Assembly (NCBI GenBank): GCA_051294905.1
Contig: CM119371.1
Location: forward strand, 16,494,001 to 16,558,000
Reading direction: 5' to 3'
Length of the DNA: 64,000 bases
From: Botryllus schlosseri
Lineage: Eukaryota
The stretch's first letter is position 1. Each line of letters opens with the position of its first letter. This document shows, one piece after another, positions 38,571 to 51,000 of this stretch. Position numbers and translations under genes: made by a program. Below the pieces are notes generated by a model that saw only the letters and a list, made by a program, of their open reading frames with translations, did no database searches and was not told where the DNA came from.

Positions 38571-39738
38571 GTCTAGAACGTGTTTGTTACCAAATGCAAA
38601 TCGTAATCCTTCAGGGCTTCAATGGGTATCTCAATAATTTTCTGATATTTATCAGAGAGGTTTTGTTTCCAAATCATGGATTTTTACCGATTGAGATGAC
38701 ATTGCTGCTAGCATCTTATCAAGTGGACATAGTGAGCCAATATTCATCAAACACCCGACATAATGCGAATTATATGGGTGTGTTGTGGCTGTATGGACCA
38801 TTATTTTCAAAATTAATACAATTTGTCTTCACGCAAACTAATACTTCTCATTGGTTCGAACCGTCTCCAAAACATACGGGTTTAAAATGGAAACAGAAAC
38901 CAGGTTTCTATGGTATCGACACGTTCACGGTTATGTAAGCTAATTCGGCTAATGAAACCGGATTTATTGCAATTCCGGATTTATCTATTTCCGAATATAC
39001 GACTCCATTTATTATTATCGTAACTCTGGAAAAATCATTTATGACTAGCTCCTAACGTTCTTGCTTCATTACCTGAATTACATTGGAAGATTTTCAATGT
39101 TTGTCAATTAGATAGGAACTTTACTTCTGGCACCATGATTGCATATTTGCAGAGAAAATCCTCATAATGCGTTGCTGGAAGCATCAAAATTAGGCACCCC
39201 AAGGAATTGTATGTTTAGTCCTGTTTATGCATAGATGATGATCAGTAACGATATATTTCTACTATATTTCGAAGTATAGCCTACTCCAGGGATGTCAAAC
39301 TCAACTAGGGTCGCGGGCTGGATTCAAACATTCAGATCGCTTGCGGCCGGACCAGTCAAATGATTCCATAATTTCACCTCGAAATCCTTGTTTTTCACGT
39401 GAATGCTTTATTATAGAACAATATATTATATTAACCACAGGGGTTCTATTAATATTATATTCTTTATTCACAACAAAACTGGTGAATGCACACATAATCC
39501 GGGGAGCAACCTGCCCCCAAAGGAAAATGGCGAGACTGGAGTAAATTTTTAAAATTTCAGTAATACAGTCAAATTGGTATTCCTATGCAATACATGAAGA
39601 GGTCAGATTACAGGATTGCAGTAGACGAAGAATTGGCAAGGGTTACAGAGCAGAGGCAGAGATGATGGAAAATGAAGAATCGAAATTACAGAAATTATCC
39701 TGTGATTCACTAGTGTAATTTTAGTCCAGTGGTGCATT

Positions 39739-40142
39739 TTAGGCCTTCCGAAGAATATGCACAGTGCCCAATAAAGTGATCTTTTGGATCATGTCGAATC
39801 GAACGTTACCCGGAATCTGTTGGATATGTCTCATGAGTTTTTTGCTTACGACACCTGTAGCGTCAATGACTATCGGTACAATGTTTATTTTGCATCGCCA
39901 CAATTTCTCACATTTCATTTTGAAGTCTGCGTATTTCGATTGTTTTTCTGATTCTTTTTGCAGCATATTGTGATCAGATGAGACGGCCAGTTCAGTGAAT
40001 AAGCATTCTCTTTTCCTCTTTAGTTCGATTACCATATCCGGGCGGTTGCTCCTGATTTCGCGGTCAGTTATAACTGATAGGCCTATATCCCAAAGAATTT
40101 TTACTTGATCGTTTTCTGTCACTGGTGCTGGGCTGTAATCAT
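39739..40142 (-). mobile_element. 3' end of an RLE-type non-LTR retrotransposon (R4/Dong- or NeSL-like restriction-like endonuclease)
   Basis: KILWD..TDREIRSNRPD...ELAV...KESEKQSKY...VPIVIDATG; truncated by a MITE at 40143. Confidence 0.85.
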
Positions 40143-41832
40143 CAGTGTTGAGATCAAGTCACTACCTTCGAGTCACGAGTCATTGCACATTTTGACTCGA
40201 GTCAAGTCAAGTCACTCGTTTCTTGGAGGTGACTGGAGTCAAGTCAAGCCAAGTCACGAGTCAAGTCACAATTCAAGTAAAGTTGAATTTTCGAAGTCTG
40301 AGTGATGATTCAAAGTCATTACATTTTGCTAGCTGTGTGAAAGACAGATTAATTGGCCATTTATTTTTAATTAAATGACGAATATAAAGTTAAATATACA
40401 TGCAAAAACGCGTTGTATCGCTGACGCACATGTAGGACTGCTAATAAAATAGTGCGTAACTGCACAGTGTACAGCTACATGCTACAGTCAGTTATTATCA
40501 GCCAAAATCTAGAACCGAATACCAAGCGTCGAGAAGTTGAAACAAATTGATATGGCACAATAGCCTACACCACACCACCCATCTACACAAACATATCCGT
40601 GAGAATATAAATGCACAACTATAGTTGTTCGGTTTAAATCATACAAGAGGGTTGGTAAAGGTGAGCACTGCGCAACTTAAGCATTGATCCGTCTAAGAAA
40701 CAGATAAACACATTGATATTAGATTAATCTACTACTGCAACGGGAATGTAAGCTGTGATAGTTTCGTTTGCGGTCAATTTATTTGTGATGTAGCAATGAG
40801 GATCAGTGTAACGTACAATCAATGAATGACTGGTTGGTCTCACAAGTGAAACCGGCGAATCTCGAACAATCCGAACATACACAAGACACAGTGATTTAAT
40901 CGACACCGTTTACTTGATGACTTGAAATTGACTCGTAAATTTTGTAAAGTGTCACGAGTCAATGCACATTTCTGAAGCGCCCAGTCAAGTCAAGTCAAGT
41001 CATTTTTCTAAAGTGACTCGAGTCATGTCAAGTCATACGAAAAAGTAGTTGACATGAGGTACATGAAAAAAGCCTGATTTGGCCAGGTTGAAAACAGTCT
41101 AGTACCTGCAATGACATAATTCAACGCTTGGCGGTTTGGGGTTGCATATTGGGCATGCAGGAAGCACGTTGGAATGAAAAATCTTTCTCAATAGGCTTTT
41201 TTTCATCATACCTTTGTATGATTTTTCAATTAAGCTTGAATAGATATTGATGACAATGCCAGCAGTGGATTTCGAATCAAGCATATTCGAGACGAATTGA
41301 GTCACACCTTCGTATGCTTCAGTTTGTCTTCCATTGATTGATGCAATATAAACTACGTCAAGGTCGACTAATCCGGTTAAGCGAGTCAAATTTTAATACC
41401 ATTTGTAGGCCTACAGACATCAATGCATGTAGATATGCAGGTACATTTGTTCACATACACAAGATACCAATGTGATGAAAGCGAATGACGCTCAGGAGTT
41501 GTGATCTTGATCAGTAGTTTTCAACCACAAGATCGTGTCCAGTTTCTTTTTATTCCGTCAAATATATTGGAATTTTTTGAATCTCAATTTCAAAGTGCAA
41601 GAAATGGAATTATTTTCCATATATCAGGAAAATGACTCAATAAATCTAGAACCCTAGCTATTCCTGTATGAAACTGCTTCAAATTAGCCAACAACATGCT
41701 GGAAGTTGCTTAAATTGCTCACAAGCAGCCCAAAACCAATGTAGCTGTAAGAAGACATCTAAAAATTAACCGTTCACAAAAATTGTTGTTGATAAGAATG
41801 AGAACCTTTCAGTGGTTCACACCGTCCCTATA

Positions 41833-43195
41833 AATAGCTGGTTCGTGGTACAGAACTTGAATATAGCTTTCAATACAATATCCATTGTATAATAATATTT
41901 ATTAACTCGAAGACTTTTCGGGTGCCTCTTTTCAAGAGTTAACGGCACACTAAAGGGATTTAAACAGATTTAAAAGCAAAACCAAAAAGGCAGAGTATGA
42001 CGCAACAATCAAAATCACAGACCATGAAATTCGCATTGTACCAATGGCAACAATAACAAACAAGAAGTATACGGACATACGGTACTATAGTAGCAACGCA
42101 ATTCGTAAATAAACAGTTACACGCACGAAACACATGCACTAATGAGAAATTGGTAGGTTATAGAGGAAATCTTTTTGTCTACATAAAATAGGTTTGTTCA
42201 ACTGAATAATAGTAGACTCCAGCACTTTTAGATGAAACAAAGACCTACCACGCGCAATGACAGTGAACATATTGTCATCATAGTGCTGTGCACAGGCGAG
42301 GTTTTCACTCAAATGCTGACCGATTGACGAAGCATATGCTTGGTAATCGTCATAGCAGTCTGTTTTGGCAGCCAATTTGCACTGAAGTGCAAGCTCCGTG
42401 CGAGTATTTGCGCATGTTTTTGACCGAATCAATTTTGGGATATGCTGCTTAATACGCTCAAACAATCTTTGAGATGTACGTCCTACATACCTACTATCAC
42501 AGTGGCACTTGTATTGATAAACAACATTACTTGCATTAAAGGCAGGAAGTACATCTTTTCGAGGGCTGGGCAACAAGGGTTTCGTTGTGTACACCACATG
42601 CGTGTTTACGCTGTAATAACAACGGTGAACAGCCGATTTAATGAGTTTTTCAAAACGGTTAGACACGTTACCTAGCCAAGGTAAGTGTAAAAATGCCGGG
42701 CATTTTTCTGGTCCGTATTTGGGAGCTATATCCGATTTTTTCAAAACCCTAGAGATGGAGCATTTTAATATGTGGTCTCGATAGCCATTTTTGGACAGAA
42801 TCAAGTGGATATCATCCAATTCGCGTGACAGTTTTTACGGTGAACAGATGCGCAGGGCCCGATTGACAAGAGATGAAATAAGGTTTAATTTACGCCGCTT
42901 CGGGCAAAATGAATCCCAACGAATATAATGACCAGGGAAAGTAGGTTTTCTGTACACCGACGTTAGAAACGTTTGTCCTGATCTCTCAACTAAGAGAGAG
43001 ATCTCTCTACTACCCTTGGTACAATGCGAATTTCATGGTCTGTGATTTTGATTGTTGCGTCATACTCTGCCTTTTGGGTTTTGCTTTTAAATCTGTTTAA
43101 ATCCCTTTAGTGTGCCGTTAACTTTTGAAAAGAGGCACCCGAAAAGTCTTCGAGTTAATAAATATTATTATACAATGGATATTGTATTGAAAGCT
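41833..43195 (-). mobile_element. 5'-truncated Penelope-like element (RT C-terminus plus GIY-YIG endonuclease) with inverted pLTRs
   Basis: ORF 42139-~42990 contains SVYRKPTF..YIRWDS, NVVYQYKCHCDSRYVGRT and SSIGQHL; inverted repeats ~41865-42042 and 43020-43195; 12-bp TSD accgtccctata. Confidence 0.93.
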
Positions 43196-43426
43196 ACCGT
43201 CCCTATACTTCCCATACTGCTTCATGGAATTGGAGGACATGATTTCAAGCATCCGTTACATTCATTCATTTAACATCCGATAAAATAACACTATCATGGA
43301 TGCAAACAACGTCAGTGTTCATGTCACGTACCGGTAAGTCGTTGTAACAGAAGTACATAAATTATTAGTTCAGTGGTTTTTAACCGTTAAACCCGCGTTA
43401 CAGGTACGCTAATCTTCGAGTCTAGT

Positions 43427-45130
43427 TAGGTTGCATTTAAAACAAACATGTTCAAAACAAGGCCCTTGTTTAACGTATGTTTTTTTCGAGCCATGACGTC
43501 ACGTATATTCAATTGAGACTCCAGAGTGGATTGACATTAACAATTTAAAATATAGGGTAATTATAACTCCTCTCACGAAATATCTGTACTATTGTACAAA
43601 CAAACAAAAAATTTACCTCGATTTACCGCGAAATGTCTGGAAGCAGGGTGGCCAGCCACTTGGCAGTAATGTAGCATTACCGCCACTCAATGTAAATTCA
43701 TCTTACACCCGTCCGGTAATCTAGCTTTACACGCCAGACTGTAATGTTACAGTCACCTCTGGTATATTCGATCTACATACTCTCGTGTACATTTACGAAC
43801 GAGACGGTAATTTTACCGCCTACCTAGTAGGGGAGATGTGGTACTGATGGATCACTGGGACCGAAAATACTTTGAAAATTCTCTATGATAATTCCATGAT
43901 TACCCTCCGTGAACTTGTCTACAGTTGCATGCTGGCAAAATCTTTCCTCACATACAAAGAAATTCGACGTGCGCGAGCTATGGGGTCTCTCACAGATGTT
44001 TTTTGCTTTGGGGGTGTAAACTAAATTTAAATCGACATATACATTTTTCTTTGTAACCTTCAACACGAACAAACCAGCAATCATTTTTTTTGTGAAGTGT
44101 AAGGCTTGTATCCGGCTATATAATGACACCTATGATTTTTTTCAGTACCTTCCTTGGGTGGAATTTTTTCGATTCATGTATGAAATTCTTAGGGTGGGAA
44201 CCGATGATACAATAGCCGAATCAAGGACAATAATCAAGCATACTAATCATGAAACAAGTGAAACATGCCTACGTACAGAAAATCTTTATGTAATAATTGC
44301 ATATGATGTTTTATCGCTATCACGAGGTATTTGAAAGTCACGCTGTCGATTTTTGGGCAATATGTATGTACCCTCAAATTTATAAGTTCGAGCCTAAATC
44401 GAAACGTGATTTTATGACAACATTTGAGTTAATATTCATTCTATTTTTTGACGGTTGCGACCAAACATTCTTCTTTGGCTTGCTGTAGCTTAGATTATAA
44501 TACTGAGCAAGAAAAGTTCTCACGTTTGAGTTTTTTAGGGTATATGTGTCATAGGTCCCCGGGTCGTGTGCCATTGGACCCACCGGGTGGGGACCGATGA
44601 TACGTTCGAGCATCAAATTTTGAGCGTCCATCAATATTTTTTGAAAAGACGGATATTCATGTATATGTGCGCTATAGGTAGAACTTGTATCAAAGTGCTG
44701 AGCCAGCAAAAGATCTGATGTTTTCGGCTGAACATTTTGGGGCCAGCGATCAATTTCCAATTTTTGATCCATCGCTACCACATCTCTCCTACCTATAACC
44801 CTACATGCTGTCCTTTGTAAATCAGGAACAAATATAGGGTAAATATAACTCCTCTCACGAAATATCTGTACTATTGTATACTATTGCTGTTGAACCGACT
44901 TTTTTTAGGGTTCCAACCATCCCATATCGATAGATGTCGGTTATATCGAGTGGTAACTGTCCGCAGGCTCATATAACATGTTTATTTGGAAAGTATTTAC
45001 ACACTTTTGGCATAATTTTACAACTTGAAAAATTAAAATTTTTCATTTAAAGGGCTTTGTTTAAAACACTGTTCAAAACATGTTTTAAAGAAAGTCATAT
45101 AAAAAACCGTTTGTTTTAAATGCAACTCTA
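43427..45130. mobile_element. hAT-like element containing nested TIR element 43827-44792
   Basis: Outer TIR tag(g)ttgcatttaaaacaaac with TSD agtctagt/aatctagt; inner TIR gtaggggagatgtggtactgatggatc / gatccatcgctaccacatctctcctac. Confidence 0.7.
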
Positions 45131-45911
45131 AATCTAGTTGACCGTCAAGGTCGTATCTATCATTCCTCTCTGATACCGAATACTGTGCATCCGTATTTTC
45201 TGTACCACCATTATTGCCCTCTGTTTGTTATATATTGAAAAATAAAGACTATTTTATCGCTCTCTCTCTGTCTTCGCGGAATCCTGAAGTTTTTCCGAGT
45301 GATAAAAAGTCATAGGGCTGGGTACAATGATTCGAGTACTTGAATATGTATCGAGCATTGATTCTGATGATTCGAGTCGAGTAGAAAAACACAATTTTTT
45401 CGAATACTGAAAATATACGCTCCACGCCGTTAAAGTTAATTTATCAACGCTAATTATAGTTTCGATACTATTTTTTACGGTGGAAGCCTTGAAACCTGAT
45501 TGACCGTATCGCTGCATATACGAAACACATGGTACAAGCTACTAGCATTACTAGAAATAATATATTTCTGAAGTCATGATCAACCCACAACATATGTCAC
45601 AAAGCGCAATGAAATCGGTATGATCAAAAAAATCTGACGTATCTGCAGTGTGATGGAGAACTAAGCATTACATTCTTTATGGACGCATAAAAGGTACAAA
45701 TTGGAACATGGACATTTTACGTACTTCTATTACGTCATAATGAGTGATACTCGAATACTCGATTCGACTCGAAGCATAATGCGAGATTCAGAATCGAATC
45801 ACTCAGGTACTCGATTTTGCCCAGCCCTTATAGTCAATAAGATCTACCTCAATAGACACTTAACACAGCACTGTAGATTACTGGTGCACTTACTGATCTG
45901 TACAAGCCAAT

Positions 45912-46476
45912 TGGGGTACAGAACTTCAGAATAACGCGAAATAACAACTTCACATTGTTTATTTATTCGTTAAAAGCTTTTCGACTGACTCTCATCAGTA
46001 GCGAACGTCACGGCAAATTAGAATAACTAATGTTTCTCTAACTACATCATCGCAGTCTGTTGACACACTGGGTGATTATGATCAAGTTACTGCTTGTAAT
46101 TCGGCTATCGGACAGCATCTCTTATCCCATCCAGAATGTGCTAATTATCACAATGACAGTCCTTTTTCTGTAGTTGCTCGAGGCCGTTCTCTTTTTCATT
46201 TGAAGGTCCTGGAGTCTACGATCAAAAAGCTGTGAAATCCGATTCTCTGTCGCCAGGAGGAGCGCCTCTACACTCTTGAAATATTTTATTAATGTTTTGT
46301 GTTGTTTCTCCGGTTATTTATAACCGAATATGTACTCGTTAACGTTTGTTTTGTATCGTTACTGCCGTATCTTGCCCGTCTACTAACTGTTTGTTTATGT
46401 TATTATTACGTCAACCAGACAAAATAGTTCCCTATTAATGATGTTCGCTACTGATGAGGGTCAGTCGAAACGCTTC
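45912..46476 (+). mobile_element. Penelope-like fragment: GIY-YIG C-terminus between inverted pLTR ends with hammerhead cores
   Basis: SAIGQHLLSHPECANYHNDSPFSVVARGRSLFHLKVLEST; CTGATGAgggtcagtcGAAA at 46451-46470 and its mirror at ~45976-45995. Confidence 0.85.
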
Positions 46477-47278
46477 TGCTGCTCTCATTTAGACACCGAA
46501 AGGTCAGAGGTTCACGGTCACAATACGAACCCTGTAGGTTCGGCACTGTGAACCTTATTCACATATTAGAATTTTTCACGAAATTATAACATCCTTGGTT
46601 AAATTTCTTTGTATTTCAAATATAGGACCGCTGTATGCATGTCACTGACCGTGACCACATAAAAAAATCAACACTAAACGGGCATGTACCTTGCCAAATC
46701 TTAAAAAAATTTGCTTGCTTTGTTGCATATGTTTGCTCGAAATATATTCAGCTTTCTGTTCGTGAATATATACTAACTCTCTGCTGCGAGCTTGACCCGC
46801 AATCACACATCAAGAGCGAAGTATACTGCGTTTTATAGGTAGTAGGGCGGAGCATGGACCGGAGCCGGATTGAATACGCGGCCGGACTTTTTCATTTTTG
46901 GCCGGCGCCGGATCGGCGCCGGATCAGTACCATTTTGATACGGCCAGAATCTATATTATTAAACATCACTTTTGCAACTAAATAACTACCAGCCAACCAC
47001 ACGCAAGTGCCGCCAAGCCAGTGCGAAAATGAACGAGCCATATTTATAAATTCACGGAACCTCCCTACCGTGTTGAGCGGAGCATGGATCGGATTGGATA
47101 TCCGGCCGTACTTTTCAGTACTTTTCCTGATACGACCGGAGCCGGACCATAGAATTGAAAAAAACAGGATCGGATTCGGACCAGAGCATTTGTCGATCCG
47201 CTTCACCCTACTAGGCAGTCAGCGAATGATGGTCATTCAACCAATCAATGCGGTTTATAAAAAGAACGAATCGTTGAC

Positions 47279-47677
47279 TAGGGTTGCCATATTTTGGAAT
47301 CGGGAAAGGAGGACTCTTTTTCAAAATTTTCAAACTTAAAATACCGAGAGAAAATCCTGAAAATATGGTAAATTTTTCCCACTTCGTGCTATGTTCTCGC
47401 TCAGCTCCGAAAATACAGTTTTTCTTTCACATTATTAGTTAGATGACTGAAACAAAAACGATCAACTTTCCTGCTCAGCTCCCGAAATAGCCGCAAGAGC
47501 GTTACTTCAGTGTTGATTTACTGCATGTCAGTCACATTTTTCTCTATATTTAAAGGAAAATTTCAAAATAGAGGACAAAATGTCAAAAAGGAGGACATTT
47601 AAGTCTCCTCGGAGGACATTTTCAAAAACCTGAAGAAGTTGCCAAATCCCCCTAAAGAAGGACGTATCGTAACCCTA
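47279..47677. mobile_element. hAT (Blackjack-like) MITE; relative at 51864-52283
   Basis: TIR TAGGGTTGCCAT/..GTAACCCTA; TSD tcgttgac (relative: gtatctgc/gtatctgt). Confidence 0.88.
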
Positions 47678-48028
47678 TCGTTGACTAATGCAAAAAAATC
47701 TAGCTGGCGTACTGGATCCATCCTGATTTAATAAGTTGTTTATTGTATCATATAACCCAAATTCTGCTAATTTGAGAACACGTCATATTTAGTAATACAG
47801 TGCGCGCAGTTCCCTTTTAAGTTTGTCACGTAGGCGGATATTCACAGACGTAATCCCATTCAGCGAGAACTTATTATTCGATAATCAATAGCTTGATGAT
47901 AGTCATTAAAATGCAATAAACGTATAGTTTTCCGGGTATAGAATTAGGGAATGGTGGAGATGGAGTCGGGTTCTGAGAATAAGATATTAGGAGTCGAACT
48001 CGCGACCGCTGTTGGCCCTGCTCTTTCG

Positions 48029-51000
48029 TTATGTTACATTGTTGATGTCGGTGTCTTCGATGCCGCAATACGGGTTTTCCGTTCCAGTAAGAGCAGTTCT
48101 GCCATACGGATGACCTTGAGCTTAATAGGAATAAAGTGGGTTTTTTGAGTAACGTTTTTGCAGTATCAAGCGAAAATTATTCATGAATGAAAAATTAATT
48201 CACTACGAAAAGTGAAGATCGATACAGATCCCACGTTATCGTCGTGTCACAACCGCAGCCGCTTGTTTGTTTGTTATATACCAACAATACTAGTGACAGA
48301 TGGTAAAACAAATTCCGCACTTATCCCCTAAACTCCGTTTATGCTTACCTGTATACTCGTGATTTAACCTGGGCGGTAATTCCGGGGCTGGACGAAACCG
48401 TGTCAATGGAGGTCGTCGCCGTAGTCGTGTCTTTTTTCCTGCAGAGCATGAAATGGACGACAACTTTAATGTTGGACGATCACAAAAACTACAGCTGCAA
48501 GCACATCACACATTTCTGTCATAGAACGTACGTTAATTATTGAAATCATTAGGAAATAGTAATGAAGTATTTGTGCAATTGTCAGTATAGCTTAATCGAT
48601 ACACTGTTGATTTTTTTAATGCGTTTAAATATCGATATCAGTCATTTTCCGGCTACATCACATTCTATCACGGTGTAACAGTGGTGAATAAATAGTAATG
48701 TCATCCAACATTCATCTACAAATGTTATAGGTAGCCTACATATTATCATATATATGCCTGTATTAATAATAGCGTGAAAAACTGGTAGTTCGCCTTTCAT
48801 AATTCTTCGTGGCACGATACACTTCGTAAAGTTACAATAATATATAGCGGAACCCCGCACTATAAATACCAGATATTGGTTGTGGACTACTGGATAGTAG
48901 CAATGAGCGAATTTAGGATTGTAAAATCAATATTCTGTCAATGATATAAGATTCAATTTCTCATCCGATATCCGTCTTGTTTTGAATCATGACATGGTGT
49001 CAATGGTCGATAATAGCTGACATACAATCCGATGTCGCGTAGAAATTGGAAATACCAGCAATTCAACGTTGACGACGACGCAATTTCGTTGACAATATTA
49101 TCGACTCATATCATTGTTACTCAACCACTTTTTTTCCCGCGAACATCCCTCTTCATAGATTTTCAAGCCTGACGCGCTTATATATAAAAAATCTATGTGC
49201 CGGAGAAGATACAACAGGTTTTAAAGTCGAGTCGAGTTTTCGAGTTCTCCCTTGACTTTGAAAAATGTATCTGTCTGGAATCATTTTGTGACAAATTGTA
49301 AAAAATTACATATGTTTATTACTTAATTTGGTATCTATTCAGAACAGTAAATCGTACAGAAGTCACACATCCCTGAAAGCTCGACTAAGGTAACTTCCTT
49401 AGCCCACCTCGACTTCCAGATAGCTTCTCCCATTTTGAGTACTGCATCGTTATACTGATCCCATTCGGCTTTTGCTATTGTTGTGAGTATGGGTAAGATG
49501 TTTCTACAATAGCGGTGGGTTGTTTCCATTATAATGAGTAGTGCGTTTTGCCATTCACTGCGTTGTTCGCCATGACATTGACTTATTTCATGTTAAACAG
49601 AAAAAGGTATGTAACTTCTTTACTGCATATTACGAATTCACGAACAGTACCCAATGATTGCGGCAGCGACATAGAGTAGGACAAAGTAGTATTGATATGT
49701 GAACACATGCAGAGTTAGTAAAATCGATCTGTTGTAATTGAAATGTAAATACGGGGTCTTGTCACCGCTGCAAAGAGCTGGCGATTGATTTATGCAAGTA
49801 CAGCTTCTCAAATAACTTGTGATATTTCGCAGAAATGTAATTTCACACGAAGAACTGCTTTTTTCGCTCGTAACTTTACATTTCATATCCCTGGAAGTTG
49901 TTGCCAATGATCATTCTATGAGCGAAAAGGAAATTCAAAAGTAGCCTAGTCACTAGATATTCATTAAGCAAAAGATCAAAGAGCTCACTCTGCATTTCGG
50001 TTGAAGCATATTTGGATGGTGAAACATCTGCAATGAAAAGAAAACGAAAATTACTATTAATACAGAAAATATTTGAAATTTAGAAATACAGCCGTTAACG
50101 GTTTTTTTCTGCATGGGATACAGTTGGAAAAGAAATATAATACAAATAATATGTTCATCGAATCTCCTGTGCACTTGAGTTGAAATTACATTGCAGTTAC
50201 CCAAATGAGATTTATCAAGAGCAGAGAACACCATCCAGCAGATTCATAATTATTAGAAGGTTATAGGTATATTTTTCGAATCCAATGTAAGTGCTGACAG
50301 GCCTCGGAGGGACGCTATCGAATAATAGAATTGAGAACATTTTGAATTGCCTTTTTTCTTACCGTCATATGACACTTCCTCAACAACTTTCCGCCCCGCT
50401 ACATTGTTATCTATCAAGATAGGCAGAATGCAATAAGGTGTATAAGTCTATATTAGAAAGCTACACTTACATTGCACCGCCGTCTTATTCACGATTTCCA
50501 TCTTGAATGAATCAGTGAACTTCCGTATCGACTTGGATCGAACATTACCTCTGACTGCAACGAGTAGTTTCTCCTAAAATGAGGAGCGGATCTAGAAACT
50601 TCATATACTACTTATCTTACGACTATTTTCCCGATTTCTTCCATTTTGCTACCTATCTGAAACATAGTGACGAAAAGCACCAGGCCCCAACTACAATAAA
50701 TGCTCTCGGTTAATGTTGCAGCCAGAAAAACGAGTATAGCTATGAATTAGTTTAGCGATTTCGCGAAGGTATTGTACAAGAATATTGGTACGAACATTAG
50801 GATTTTCATGACGTATTGCTGACCCACGACTCGGCAGGAGAACGAATCTTTCAGGTTCTGCCTTTTACTGAGACCATCGAGATTGTAATTTTCAATATGC
50901 TTTCGAAGAGAGAGAGAGAGAGAGAGGAGAGATTTCTTAAGCATTAGGAGCTCACCTTTTGTCTTTGCGGATGATCTATAATATTCCACTTGTAGTCTTT

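Noticed and set aside
38501..38938. 145-aa + strand ORF
   Set aside because: Starts inside a MITE end with a non-ATG codon and has no recognisable motifs.
41099..41389. 96-aa minus-strand ORF with a CxxC-like end
   Set aside because: No recognisable domain and no phase-compatible neighbouring exons found; an orphan exon cannot be excluded.
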